A stretch of DNA of 64,000 nucleotides from Thecamonas trahens ATCC 50062 (GCF_000142905.1 NW_013657648.1:62001-126000); one strand, 5' to 3'; numbered from the stretch's first letter, positions 22,301-34,416 are shown. Made by a program: numbers and translations. Notes: generated by a model from the sequence alone, not told the origin.

Positions 22301-25300
22301 GCGGCGGCTGCAGAGGTGCCGGCGCTCTCGGCGTCGGGCGGTTCGACAGTCTTCGAGGCATCGGGCGCGATGGCGAGCAACAAGCCGCGGCGGCGGTCGC
22401 GAGGCTCCAAGACTACAGCTCCGCCGCAGCCCGACTATGCGAGCATGTCGCTCGCGCAGCTGGCGGCGGCTACGCAGGCGGCGCTGGCGGCCGGCGCCGT
22501 GGTTCCGGACCCGATTCTGGTGGCGCTCTTTGTGGCCCGCATCCGCGCGCTCGACAATGTCTCGGGCTGGGTCCTCGATGGCTTTCCGGCCACACTCGAT
22601 CAGGCCAAGCTGCTCGAGGCCGCACTCTCCGGCTACGAAGAGCCCGGGGTGAGTGGAGCGAGCCACCGGCGGACCGGTGGCAGCTCAGGCCACTCGGACT
22701 CGCGACCGTTTGCGGCGGCAGTCAAGCGTGGGTCTGCACGCAAGTCGCGGATTGCGCCGCCGACCGAAGTGCCCGACCCGGTGGCGCCGCCGCCGGTCTC
22801 GCACATGGACCTTGTCATCGACCTCGACGTCGACGACGACGCCATCTTCCGACGGGCGCTCGGCCGCGTCGTCGACCCGGTGACTAACCTCCGGTACCAC
22901 ATCGAGTTTGACCCGCCTCCGTCGGACGCTGGCATTGCCGACCGGCTCGAGCCTGTCGACGACCCGGAGCGGACGCGCGAGCAGCTCATCCACCGGCTGG
23001 CTGTCCACGGCGACGCCGCCCCGCAACTTGCGCAATGGTTCTCGTCATTCCAGGATCTCTACGCCCGTGTCCCGGTCTACGACTCGCTGGAAGACTCGTT
23101 CAAGGTGGTTTTCACTCTGCTCGACGCACGCATCGCCGCACGCCGCGAAGCCGAGGCCGCTGCTGCCGCTGCCGCTGCTGCCGAAGCCGCTGCCGCCGCA
23201 ACGACATCTGCCGCCGCCCCGGAAGAGCCCTTGGCTGCCACCGCCGCCCGCCTCAACTCGACAAGCGGAGCGCCGCAGACAAACGCCGACGAGTCCGAGC
23301 TGGAAACGTCCCGGAGCCACGTGACGGCCGTGAGTGCAACTGGAAGCGAGACCGCTTGGCTCGAGAGTGGTTATGCGGCCGCTGGCGGCGAAAGCAGCCG
23401 TGGGCGCGACGACGAGGTTGACGAGGACAAGGTCGTGGGTGAGACGGCGTTGCTCTCGGCCGGCACGCTGACGCTGGAGGAGGATGCGGCGCACATGCTT
23501 CTGGAGCAGTGGTTTACGCTCGAATCCGTGTATACGCAGGACGCGCGCCTGGTGTTCCGGCACCTCCGTGAGCTGCGGTACGAGGTGGTCCACCACTTGC
23601 ACGACGTACGGTCGTCATTTGCCGAGTTTCTGCGGCGCCCGGCGCAGGTGACCGCCGAGCTTGTGGCCTCGTTCACGACGCAATTCAACGCCATGGAGGC
23701 CGACCTCCGGCTGGAGCCTGCGGCCAAGGCCGAGCTCTTCCAGCAGACTGACGACCTCAAGGAGGTACTGTGGACGATCGCCGACACGCGGCTGGTTGAG
23801 GCCGAAGCCGAACGTGCGCTCATTCTCAACGACCGGTGGCTGGAGAACACGCTGGCGCAGGTAACGAACCTGTTCATCCGGCTTGTGCAGCTGGAGGTTG
23901 ATCGGTTCCAAGCCTCGTCGCTCTTCCTGCATGATCTTAACGCGGTGGCGCTCGGCCTCCCGCTTCCGGACGGCATGCCGGAACGAGTGGAGCTGCCGAC
24001 GGTCGCCATCCAGCCGCTTGTTCTCCTGGACCGGTCGGCCATGCTTGGTGCGTCGCGTTCTATGGCGTCTGCGAGCTCAGTCGCTGCCGCCGCCGCCGCG
24101 GCGGCGATGGAAACGAACCTGAGTGTCCCAGCGAGTGCCGAGTCCGCCACCCCATCGTCACGGCGAAAGGGCAAGTCAGTCTCAACCTCATCACGGCGGT
24201 CGCGGCGAGCAGCAGACGGCGAGACCGAGGCCGAGGTTGAAGGTGGCGAGACCGGACCGGACGGCGTGGGCGACCGGACAAGCTCGCCGCAGCCCAAGCG
24301 GCGGTCGCACCGGTCGTCGTCGTCGCGGACGGCGCGGGCAACGCCGAGCACGCCGGCTGCAAGCACGTCAGCCGGCGGCGCGGTGACAGCCGCGCCGGCA
24401 AAACAGGTCACGCTGGAGGATCTGGTCGGGTACGAACAGGCGACGCTTGATGTGCTCGCCAACGCTGCTCATGCGGCGCTTACGCTGACCGGGCTGGACC
24501 CGGAGGCCGATGTCCGGGCGGAGCTGCCCGACGACGGCGGTGAGCTGCGGTTCGGTGAGCTCGGCGAGCTGGGCCAGGTCCATGTCGCGTGGGTGCGATA
24601 CATGGAGATTTCCGGTGCGCAGTCGAAGCTCAACGTGTCGGTCTCGTCGCTCATGGCCAAGCTTGCCGAGGCGTCGCAGGTGGCAGCCAGCTCTGCGCCG
24701 GTGGCGGGTCTGCCGGCGACGTCCTCGCGCGACCGCAAGCGCGGCTCGTCGCGGCGGAAGGAGACGGCGGCGTCGGCCAAGGTTAAGCGCGGGACGACGC
24801 CAGCGCCGACGCAGATTGTGGACGACTTTGAGAGTCTACAGGCGGCGATGGTGGCGTCCTACGCCACCGCGTTTGCAGCTGGCCTTGTCCTCGGGACAAC
24901 TGCCGAAGCTGGGGCTGAGGCAAACCCCGATGTCGAGGCGGTTGTGGACGACAGCACTGGTGGGAGCGGGCGGGGTGAGACTGTGCCGGTGGTGGCGCGG
25001 TGGCGGGCAACACCGTCCCCGCGTGTGCTCGGCGAGCTCTTCCCGCTTGGGGCGTGCCAGCTGTTGTTTGACGGCGAGCGAGTGCGCGGCGGCGGGCGGC
25101 ATGTGATGGACGACGAGGCCGGCGGGGCGCTGGCTAGCATGCAGAAGATGCGTGACTCGTCGCCGCTCGTGGTGGCGTACAACGCGCTGCCTGAGCAGAG
25201 CCGGCGGTTTGTGCGCGCGCGGTATTCAGAGGCTGTGGTGTTTAGCCAGCGGGTCGGTCGGCTGTTTGCGCGCGGAAACGAGGTTGTGGGGCGGCTGGGT

Positions 25301-27174
25301 GCCGAGGCGCGGACGACGTACACGGCACTGGACGAGACGCTCGGAGCGCGGTTCCGCAAGGAGGTGGGTGCCGTCAACGCGCTTGTCCACCATGCCCGGG
25401 TGGCCATCGAGACGGAGCAGTATCTGGAGTACCAGCTGAATTTGGAGGACACTCACTTTGTCATCGACAAGCGGCTGCGGGTCCGCGAGGCGCCGCCGCC
25501 GCCACCCGCACCACCTGTGCGGGAGAGCCTGCACGAGCGGCGGTTTACTGTCAAGCAGCTGCTCTCGCTCTGCCTAGCGTTCTCGGCCGAGGCGCCGGGC
25601 GGGATGGTTGCTGCCGATGACTTTGTGCTGCTCATTTTGCGGCTGCAAGCGGCGTCTGCGCACGGGCAACCTGCACTTCCCAAGGCATGGCTTGACCTGC
25701 CGCGGCAGCGCATCGAGCTCCTGGCGTCAATCATCGATGTCAACCGGACCGGCTCGGTCGACTGGCGCGAGCTTGTGGTCCTCCTCGCGCTGCCGTACTA
25801 CCCGTCGCTCGCGCAACTGCGGACGCTGAAGCGGGCTTATGCGGCGCACGACCACCAGTCACGCGGGCGCGTCTCGCGAGAGGCGTTTGCCTCTGTCCCG
25901 CTCTTCTTTGAGCACTCTGCCATGTGCAAGCTGGTCGAAGCGCAGCGGGCAGAGGACGAGGCGGCGGCCGAGGCAGCGGCAGCCGAGGCGGCGGCGCACG
26001 GCGACGACGACGACGACCTGCTCCCGCCGTCACCAGGGCCGATGGCCATTGGGCGGTCGTTTGACCCCGAGACGTTTGACTCGGAGTCGTCGGTTTGCTC
26101 GCTCGACGCTTCGCAAGTTCTTTTGCCGAGGCCGAGGCTGCTGCGGCTGCTGATGCTGATGCTGCTCCGGGTGCAGATGCTACGGTGGATGTGGTCGAGG
26201 TAGCGAGTACGCCGCGGGGTGTCGAGCGCAGTGTGCCGCTGCTCGAGCTCAACCTCGAGCACGGGGTGGATGAGGCTGAGCTGACGCGGCGGTCGAACCT
26301 GACGACGATCGGGCTCGAGACGCCGTTGCCGGAGGATCCTCAAGAGGACACCGGGTTCCCGCGGTACTACGAGCCCGTAGGCGATGCAGCGCTCGAGGCC
26401 ATGGAGTTGCGGTACGTGACCGATGAGGCGACTGGCTTTGACCGGGCCGGGCAGCTCAAAGAGCTGTTTGCGTTTATGTTCCTCGATCATCTCACGCCGG
26501 CAGAGAGCGGCGGCGTCGACTACGTCTCGCTGCTGCGGTACCTCTGCCGCGACGTCTCGGGTCTTGCGGCGGTCCGCAAGGCGTGGCTGGTGACGGCGGC
26601 GGTGGCGAGCAACAGCGAGGATGCGTCTGGCGAGCAGCTCGCGACAGAGCACGCGGCGCAGGCTGCGGCAGTCTCGATCATCCAGCTCAAGTCGATTCTG
26701 GAGCACGCGACAATGCCGTCGTCGGTGCCCGAGGACGACAACCCGTTCTCACGCAAGGGCCTCCACCAGGTGTACCACGAGCTCGGGCTCGCCCCATCGG
26801 CCAAGGTCACCTTTGATGAGACAGTCGGCTCGTCGCTCGCGCCACTCCTCACGCCGGTCATGTACGCATACACCCGCAAGGCGACGCACCTGGTGTTTGA
26901 GCAGGAGCAGTTCCTCTCCTCGGTCTCGGTCTCTGCGCTCAACGAGTCGGCGGCTGCTGGCGAGAGCCACCTCCTCGACGCCGGCATCAGCGTCGACGAC
27001 GAGAAGGAGATCGACAAGCCGAGTGTAGTCCGGGGCGAGTCTGGCGCTGAAGGCGACGAGGCCGAGGCCTCGATGGCACGGACCGAGGCCTCGCGTGAGC
27101 CGCGGACGCCGCGGACACCGAGTGAGACGGCAAAGCACAAGAAGAAGCGGAAGAAGCGAAGCAAGCGCCAGTAA
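19400..27174 (+). CDS. SPEF2: Sperm flagellar protein 2 / KPL2 / CPC1-like central-apparatus protein (1-nt frameshift near 26095)
   Basis: N-terminal CH domain (MTELLKEWLND..DFADGYLLGELL), coiled coil (RQKRRRKVL..NRVFRESQY), split adenylate-kinase-like domain (GKPLTGKS, GWVLDGFP, RALGRVVDPVT..YHIEFDPP), EF-hand-like DVNRTGSVDWRE. Continues in ORF 26095-27174; about 2590 aa. Confidence 0.88.
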
Positions 27175-27189
27175 AGCAAGCCAAGCTAC

Positions 27190-28101
27190 CTACCGTGGCT
27201 TGTAGGCCACAATGCGCCGGACGAGGCTGCCAAAGTCGACGATGTGGTGCCAGAGCAGGGCGGTCACCCATGCAAGCGCGAGCGGTGAGGCGCACCACGA
27301 CCACGACGAGGACCGGAGGCCGGCAAGCGGCGTCGCGTCGCTGGCAAGGCGGATGCCGAGCCAGAGCGTCGACGCTAGCTTGGCCGGCACAAAGGCAAGG
27401 CAGGCCATGAGATCAAGAGCGAGGGCGACGGCGGAGGCACGCCACGCGGGCGGCAGGACCCAGCGCAGATGCAGCAGCGCGGTGTGGAGCTCGGCCGCGA
27501 GTGGGACGTAGGTAAACGGTGCCATGCCGCACGAGCCGATTGTCGCCAGAAACGCCACCAGACATGGCGCCGATGCCAGCCACCGCACGCGTGCCGCTCT
27601 TGCCGCCGCCCGCGCGCCCGCCGAGTCCGAGTCGGTGGCGAGCGGGGAGAAGGCGAGATGATAGACGGCGCCGCCGGCAGCAACTGCGGCGGGCACCCGC
27701 GAGAGGCCCGGCGCCCATCCGGCGAGATCGTTGGCCAGGTACGGTGCGGCGACAAAGTGGGCCGTGGCGAGGAGGCCCACCATGGCCGCCAGGCCTGCCG
27801 CCACCAGCGCCCCCGCCGCCGGGCCATGGGGCGATCCTCCACGACGAGCGTCCGATGGGGGGAGGCGAGTCGGTGGAAGCGGTGCGCACGATGCGCGGGC
27901 AAGGAGCAATGTCATGCGAGCCGCCGCAGTCTCTCCAGCCGCCACTGCCGCCACCGCCGCGGCAAAGCCCGCGGAGAGGACCAGCGCCACCGCCGCCGCC
28001 GTGAGCACGTCGGGTGCCGTGCATGTGCGCGACGCCGCCGCCGCCGCCACCGCCACCGCAGGGAGCGTGTATGCCCCGATGACCACAGACACGCCGACCA
28101 T
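27190..28101 (-). CDS. Multi-pass membrane protein, TLC-domain-like
   Basis: Several hydrophobic segments. LAAELHTALLHLRW resembles the TLC E-x-S/T-x-x-L-x-x-R-W motif. The 5' end lies near a gap, so upstream exons are possible. Confidence 0.5.
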   Translation of the reverse strand: MVGVSVVIGAYTLPAVAVAAAAASRTCTAPDVLTAAAVALVLSAGFAAAVAAVAAGETAAARMTLLLARASCAPLPPTRLPPSDARRGGSPHGPAAGALVAAGLAAMVGLLATAHFVAAPYLANDLAGWAPGLSRVPAAVAAGGAVYHLAFSPLATDSDSAGARAAARAARVRWLASAPCLVAFLATIGSCGMAPFTYVPLAAELHTALLHLRWVLPPAWRASAVALALDLMACLAFVPAKLASTLWLGIRLASDATPLAGLRSSSWSWCASPLALAWVTALLWHHIVDFGSLVRRIVAYKPR

Positions 28102-29296
28102 GTCCGGTGGCGAGGGGTGGCGGTCGGTAGCTGGTGAGCTGTTGCAGTCGCGTGAGCGCGAGCAGAGTGTGTCGTGGGTGGCGAGGGGCCAGTGAGGGGT
28201 GGCCGGCGGCGGGTGGGGGGTGGTTGATGAAAATATTTTACAGGGGTTGAGTAAGGGAGGGGGGGGGGGGANNNNNNNNNNNNNNNNNNNNNNNNNNNNN
28301 NNNNNNNNNNNNNNNNNNNNNNNNNNNNNNNNNNNNNNNNNNNNNNNNNNNNNNNNNNNNNNNNNNNNNNNNNNNNNNNNNNNNNNNNNNNNNNNNNNNN
28401 NNNNNNNNNNNNNNNNNNNNNNNNNNNNNNNNNNNNNNNNNNNNNNNNNNNNNNNNNNNNNNNNNNNNNNNNNNNNNNNNNNNNNNNNNNNNNNNNNNNN
28501 NNNNNNNNNNNNNNNNNNNNNNNNNNNNNNNNNNNNNNNNNNNNNNNNNNNNNNNNNNNNNNNNNNNNNNNNNNNNNNNNNNNNNNNNNNNNNNNNNNNN
28601 NNNNNNNNNNNNNNNNNNNNNNNNNNNNNNNNNNNNNNNNNNNNNNNNNNNNNNNNNNNNNNNNNNNNNNNNNNNNNNNNNNNNNNNNNNNNNNNNNNNN
28701 NNNNNNNNNNNNNNNNNNNNNNNNNNNNNNNNNNNNNNNNNNNNNNNNNNNNNNNNNNNNNNNNNNNNNNNNNNNNNNNNNNNNNNNNNNNNNNNNNNNN
28801 NNNNNNNNNNNNNNNNNNNNNNNNNNNNNNNNNNNNNNNNNNNNNNNNNNNNNNNNNNNNNNNNNNNNNNNNNNNNNNNNNNNNNNNNNNNNNNNNNNNN
28901 NNNNNNNNNNNNNNNNNNNNNNNNNNNNNNNNNNNNNNNNNNNNNNNNNNNNNNNNNNNNNNNNNNNNNNNNNNNNNNNNNNNNNNNNNNNNNTCACGCC
29001 ACGCCTGAGACGTGCACACGCCGGTGGCGTCCTCGAGGCCTCTCGCTGCGGTCGGCGCTCAAGGGACTACGCCGCCACGTACCGCCGGGCAAGAACGCCG
29101 CTGCCGACGCCACTGCTGCTGCCGAGCTGGCTCTGCCGCCGCCGGCAAGCCGTGGTGCGGCTGCTGGCCGGCGCGCCACCGGCCGGCGCAACGCCTCGGT
29201 CCGCAAAGAGGCCGCCAAGGCCCGCAAGGTGCGAAAGTGGAGCGCTGCTCATCCCGAGTGGGTTCCGTCATCCTCGTCGTCATAAGCTCGTGGAGC

Positions 29297-30482
29297 TCAT
29301 GCCTCGCCCTCGGCCGCAAAGTCCGAGATGGCACTGGCGACCGCGTCGGCCTTGTCGAGGGTGCGGGCAAGCGCAGCGGCGAGCGGGCCGGTCGCCTCGA
29401 GCGCCGCCATGAGGCCGGCCTTGGCCGACGCCAGCTCGGCGTCGGCGGCCGGCGCGTAGCCCGACGACTGGGCGCGGAGCATGTCCGGGTGAGTGAGCCC
29501 GACCTCAAAGTTGATCGACTCGTCCGGCGCGCGGTCGACCGTCTGCAGCAGCGTGTGGAGGCCGGAGCCTGCGTCGAGCGCGGCCTTGCGATCCTTCATG
29601 TTGTCGAGTGCAGCGTTGAGGTCGGCGAGCCGGTTGTCGAGCGTCCGCAACTGCGCTTCCTGTGCCGCGTGGGTGATTTTGAGCCCGGTCAGCTCTTGGG
29701 TGTTCTTAAGAAAGGTGGCCTCCAGCTCGCGGTTCGACTCATCGAGCAGGGCGTACACCGCCGTGTTGCGCTTGCCATACGGCACGGCAAGGCGGGCCAT
29801 CTTGGTGTCGAGCGAGACAATGAGCGAGTTGAGGACCGAGGTTGCCTCGGCGCGGCGGAGCGGCGGCGCCTCGTTGGCAATCGGCTCGACCAGCGACTCC
29901 ATGAGCGAGACGAGGAAGGCCCGGTTCGCCGTCGTCATCGGCCGCCACTTGGCTACCTTGGTCGACGTCACCGACTTCCACCGCGCGTGATCGTCGCGCC
30001 GGTTGCGCGAGCCGCGTGGGCGGCCTCGCCGGCGTGCCCGCCCGATCTCGTCATCGTCCGACTCGGCCGAGCCCGCCCGTGCCGATCCGGCCACCCCACC
30101 GGCATACTCGCTGCGCACGAGCCGGCCTCGCCCGACCAGTCCACCCCGGCCCGCCGGCGTGTACAGCTCGTCCTCAGGCCGACCCATGTACAGCCGGCCC
30201 ATCCGCGCCTCGCCGTCCGACGACGTATCCGACAGCAGCGCGTCCTGCGTCTCTAGCTGTCGCCCGCTCGCCCGCATGTTAAACCGCCCGGCCATGTCAT
30301 CCGCCTCGGACGACGACCGCGTCGACCGCTCGTCATCGTCCGACGACGAGAACCGCGGCCTGCGGACCGGAGCCGTCACCGCTGCGCCCTCGAGCCGAGC
30401 CCCGTCACCCACCAGCCGCGCATGCCTCGCATCCAGCCCATCCGACGCAGGCGAGTCTGTTCCCGTCCCCGTCCCCGTCTCG

Positions 30483-30533
<51 letters not shown>

Positions 30534-30646
30534 CCTGTCGACGTCGTGCCCAGACTGCCGTACTGGGCGCCCGGCCCGGAGCCCGGAGGGTTCAGCCGCC
30601 GCAGCGCAAACCTGTCCGTGGTCGGAGTCTCGTCAAAGCTCTGCAT
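29297..30646 (-). CDS. CENP-Q/Okp1-like kinetochore (CCAN) subunit candidate
   Basis: A low-complexity N-terminus is followed by KWRPMTTANRAFLVSLMESLV...LDTKMARLAVP, a long heptad coiled coil and LHTLL, the same order of features as CENP-Q. The 5' end abuts a gap; CAG near 30641 may be a splice acceptor. Confidence 0.55.
30482..30533. repeat. (GTCGCC)n hexanucleotide repeat encoding a Thr-Ala tract
   Basis: About 8 tandem copies visible. Confidence 0.9.
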
Positions 30647-30946
30647 GTGGTACAGTGAGTTGGGGAGGAGGNNNNNNNNNNNNNNNNNNNNNNNNNNNNN
30701 NNNNNNNNNNNNNNNNNNNNNNNNNNNNNNNNNNNNNNNNNNNNNNNNNNNNNNNNNNNNNNNNNNNNNNNGGCGGCAGGACGACGCAAGGCTGCGGCGG
30801 GGCGGCGCAAAGCGGCGGCGGGACGACGAAAGGCGGCGGCGGAGAAGCGGCGGAAGCGACGATCGGGTGGATCGATGAGGCGCGGACGCAGGGGGCGGAC
30901 GGTGATGACGTCGGCGGGAGTGATGGGGCAGAGGAGCCATGACAAC

Positions 30947-31552
30947 ATGTCGTTTTCGAGTGGCAAGCCGGTGGAGGTCATCGTTCTCCGTGTGGTTCTG
31001 GGAGTCGCTGTTGTCGGCACCTTGGCCTCGATCATGCTCATCATCATCTCCAATCATGGCTTTGGCGATCCTTGCGACGACAACAACTTTTTCAAGGACA
31101 GCACAAAGTGCTGGGGCAAGAAGAACGGGCCCATCCTCCTCGGCATCATGCTCACAACCGCCGTCCTGGCCGCTATCGGCCTCGCCATTACCAGCCGCAT
31201 GAGCAGGATCAAGATGAGTGGCGGCGGAGGTGGCTTGGATGACTTGGATGGCTACGACTCGGGCGTTGGCGATTACGAGTACAGTAACGATGCCGAGGCC
31301 GGCGGCGCAAGGAAGCGCCGCGGCGTCAACCCATTCGATGAGGGCAAGGCCGACGAGTCGGCCGACGGCCCCCGTCCCGCGCGACTCTTCACCAAGGGCA
31401 AGCGGGCGGCAGCAAGCGCCCCGCCACCGAGCGGCAGCGAGTACAACAGCGATGACGACAGCAATAGCAGCAGCGAGTACGAGTACGAAGAGAACCCTTC
31501 GTCCGATAGCAGCGAGTACGAGTACGACGATGGCTACATGTACGAGAGCTGA
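30947..31552 (+). CDS. Small two-TM hypothetical protein with an acidic Ser/Tyr-rich tail
   Basis: Two hydrophobic helices around a loop with 2 Cys. The tail carries NPF and repeated SSEYEY. Codon usage matches neighbouring genes. Confidence 0.6.
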   Translation: MSFSSGKPVEVIVLRVVLGVAVVGTLASIMLIIISNHGFGDPCDDNNFFKDSTKCWGKKNGPILLGIMLTTAVLAAIGLAITSRMSRIKMSGGGGGLDDLDGYDSGVGDYEYSNDAEAGGARKRRGVNPFDEGKADESADGPRPARLFTKGKRAAASAPPPSGSEYNSDDDSNSSSEYEYEENPSSDSSEYEYDDGYMYES

Positions 31553-31658
31553 AAGGCGATCTCACGAGCGCTGCATAAAACTAACACGCTGCACGCCAGT
31601 TGAAGCGGCTTGCTCAGGCGCGGGCGTGGCAGGTATGGTTTATCCGAGACGACCTCGT

Positions 31659-32879
31659 CTACCCGCGCTGGGCAGCGTAGGCTAGCTTCTTGCGGCGGCG
31701 GCGGGCCTTCTTCTTGGCAGCCTTGGCAGCAGCCTTTGTGGCAGCCGGATCGGCGTCTTCGCCGCTGGCCTCGTCGTCCGAGTCTGAGCCGGCCTTGTCC
31801 CAGTCCTTGAGGGTCTTTGAGCCGGCCGAGGCGAACGAGTCGCGGAGGTAGCCCGCGGCCGGGGCAGCGTCGGCGTCGGCCTGGCCGTGGCGGGCGCCGG
31901 CGGCCGAGCGACGGAGGGAGTCGGCCTGCTTGGCCTGCATGGCCTGGGTCTTCTGAAGCAGGTCGAGGAACGAGTCCTTGGAGATGTTGTCGACCCGCGG
32001 GGCGGTGATGATCTTGCCCTCGAGCGCCTCGTTGAGCGAGCGCTGGTGGGTGCTGACGGCGTTGAAGAGCTGGACCACGCCCATGGTGGCAAACTTGGCC
32101 ATGGAGAGCTCAAACTTGGTGGAGATCGGCGGCTGCGGGTTGTGTCCGCGCTCCTTGCGCATGGCGCGGGCAAGCGCCTCAGACTTTTTCTTGGCCCGCG
32201 AGGCCTTGATCTCGGCGTTGATCTTGGTCACCAGCGACTTGTTCTTGGCCAAAATAGGCTTCTTGGCAGCAGCGCCCAGAGAAGTGCCCATGACCTTGGC
32301 AAAGGCGCGGCCAAAGGCGTTGGGCTCATCCTCGCCCTCGCTCCCAGCGCCGTCGTCGTCATCGTCCGAGCCGGCCAGCATCAGCTCTTCGCGGCCATCG
32401 CCCTCACCCTCGCCACTCTCGCTCCCATCGCCCGCCCCGTGCTTGGCCAGGAACTTGGCCTTGGCCTTGGCCAGGTTCTTGTTCAGCGCGCTCACCGCCA
32501 GCTCGTCGCCCTCAAAGGCCGAGTCAAACACAGCCTTGCCGCCGGCCACCAGGCTGTCCTCGGGCTCGGCGCCATCGTCATCGTCCACCACGTCGTCGTC
32601 CGGCACCTCCTCGCCTTCGGACGCTCCCTCGGACGCGCCCTCGTACTCGCCCTCGTACTCGCCTTCGTACTCGTAGTCCTCGCCGCCGCTCGAGCTTGCC
32701 GAGGCCATGCTGGAGGCAGCAGCCGACGAGGCAGCCGACGAGGCGGCGGATGGGGAGGATGAGGGGAGGCTGCGCCGCTGGCGCTTGCGGACGGGCTCCC
32801 TGCCAGCCGAGCCCGAGTCTGACGAGCATGACTCGCTGCTCTCCTTCTGTCCTGCATGCCTCCGTTTGCGGTTGCCCAT
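31659..32879 (-). CDS. RRP15: Ribosomal RNA-processing protein 15
   Basis: AFAKVM, KKPILAK, KFATMGVVQLFNAV, ISKDSFLDLL, YLRDSF..KDWD match Rrp15 motifs. Confidence 0.88.
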   Translation of the reverse strand: MGNRKRRHAGQKESSESCSSDSGSAGREPVRKRQRRSLPSSSPSAASSAASSAAASSMASASSSGGEDYEYEGEYEGEYEGASEGASEGEEVPDDDVVDDDDGAEPEDSLVAGGKAVFDSAFEGDELAVSALNKNLAKAKAKFLAKHGAGDGSESGEGEGDGREELMLAGSDDDDDGAGSEGEDEPNAFGRAFAKVMGTSLGAAAKKPILAKNKSLVTKINAEIKASRAKKKSEALARAMRKERGHNPQPPISTKFELSMAKFATMGVVQLFNAVSTHQRSLNEALEGKIITAPRVDNISKDSFLDLLQKTQAMQAKQADSLRRSAAGARHGQADADAAPAAGYLRDSFASAGSKTLKDWDKAGSDSDDEASGEDADPAATKAAAKAAKKKARRRRKKLAYAAQRG

Positions 32880-33050
32880 ATTGCCTGTCTCTCAACCTGG
32901 CGTCGGGTGTGTCAGCCTTGGCCAGGAGGGGGGGGGAAGGGGGGGCGGTGGCGAGCGGAGATGGATTGGGCCGAGTGACAGGAAGGGGGGGGGGGGGGGA
33001 GGGGGGGGGGAGGGGGGGGTATGCACAGGCATGATCGCATGGCATCGTCT

Positions 33051-33123
33051 GCCATCGCACACTTCAGCCATCGCACACTCCTGCCATCGCACACTCCTGC
33101 CATCGCACACTCCTGCCATCGCC
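33051..33123. repeat. 16-nt tandem repeat GCCATCGCACACTCCT (about 4.5 copies)
   Basis: Seen directly, between the divergent RRP15 and phosphatase genes. Confidence 0.85.
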
Positions 33124-33394
33124 AACCACTGCCATCGCCCATCACCGCCCTGGGGAATGGGAATGGCAGTGATGGCGACTGTGATGCCGATAGCGGTGGC
33201 AATGGCAATGGCGGTGGCAATGGCCATCGCCATCCTGATAGCAATCCTGATGGCGATGTCGAGTCCAGATCCGAAGTGGAATGACTTTGTTCCGGCCGAG
33301 GGAGACCGAGAGTGGGCAGGGCCGCGCACACGGCCAACTCCTCCACTCCTCCTCCTCCTCCTCCTCCTCCTCCTCCTCCTCCTCCCCGCCCACC

Positions 33395-34297
33395 ATGGCC
33401 ACCGCACACGCCCTGCCGGTGCTGTTCCCGCCCGGCCCGAGCCGAAAGACCATCCTCGTCGTCCGGCACGCACAGAGCGAGCTCAACGCCCACAAGCACG
33501 CGCCCGACTCAGGCGGCATCGCCACGGCGCCGCAGGCTTGGCGCGCCGATGCCCCGCTCTCAGCCCTCGGTCGCGAGCAGGCTGCAGAGGCGGCGGCGGC
33601 GGTGGCGGAGCTGTCCGAGGCAGCAACGGCGGCGGTGGTGGCGGCGGCACCACTGGCACGGTCGCTGCAGACCGCCCTGGCCGTCTCGGACGCCCTCGGC
33701 GGGAGTCTGCCCATCGCCGTCTCGCCGCTGCTCCGCGAGGCGACCAAGAAGCGGCCCATCGGCCGTCCACTCGCTGATCTCCGCGCAGAGTTTACCGATC
33801 CGCGCTTCGACTGGACAGACGCCACCGACGACTCGTGGATCGCCAGTGTCGAGGATGTTAAGGCCGCCCCGGCCCGTGCTGAGGCTGCCCGCGCCTGGAT
33901 CGCCGCACGGCCCGAGCCTGATCTTGTCCTCATCACCCACGGCACCTTCTTCAAGCTTCTCTCCGGCACGCAGCTCAAGCTGGTCAACGCCGAGCTCCGC
34001 TCTCTCATCGTCGAGCCCTCGGGCGCTGCCGTCCTCTCGCCGCCGCTCTTCCGCCTTGCCTCAGCCGCCCACAATGACGACTCGGACGCCCCCGACTCCG
34101 ATCCCGCTGCCGACCCCGCTCCTGCGCCCGCCCCTGCCCCCGACTCGCTCGAAGACTTGGCGCGGCTGCTCTCCTCGCAGATCCGCGGCTCAGACTGGCT
34201 CTCGGCCAACCCGGCCACGGGCCCGACTCTGCTCGAGCTTGCCGCCGAGCTGACCGCGGGCACATCACCACCAGCCGACGACCAGCCAGGGCAATGA
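33395..34297 (+). CDS. Histidine phosphatase / phosphoglycerate-mutase family protein
   Basis: ILVVRHAQS (RHG/A motif), PLARSLQTA, SPLLRE, LITHGTF. CACCATGG start context. Confidence 0.85.
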   Translation: MATAHALPVLFPPGPSRKTILVVRHAQSELNAHKHAPDSGGIATAPQAWRADAPLSALGREQAAEAAAAVAELSEAATAAVVAAAPLARSLQTALAVSDALGGSLPIAVSPLLREATKKRPIGRPLADLRAEFTDPRFDWTDATDDSWIASVEDVKAAPARAEAARAWIAARPEPDLVLITHGTFFKLLSGTQLKLVNAELRSLIVEPSGAAVLSPPLFRLASAAHNDDSDAPDSDPAADPAPAPAPAPDSLEDLARLLSSQIRGSDWLSANPATGPTLLELAAELTAGTSPPADDQPGQ

Positions 34298-34416
34298 ACG
34301 CCGCCAACACCCCATACACACACTCTCTCACACACACAGCCACACACACTCTCTCACACACACACACACACACTACAAACAGGTTGTATGCCGGATGTTG
34401 GGTTCTGGTTCTTTAT

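Noticed and set aside
28994-29252. Possible minus-strand first exon (MSSAPLSHLAG...) with a GTACGT donor near 29083
   Set aside because: It cannot be linked to a downstream exon because of the 722-nt gap, and no homology was recognised.
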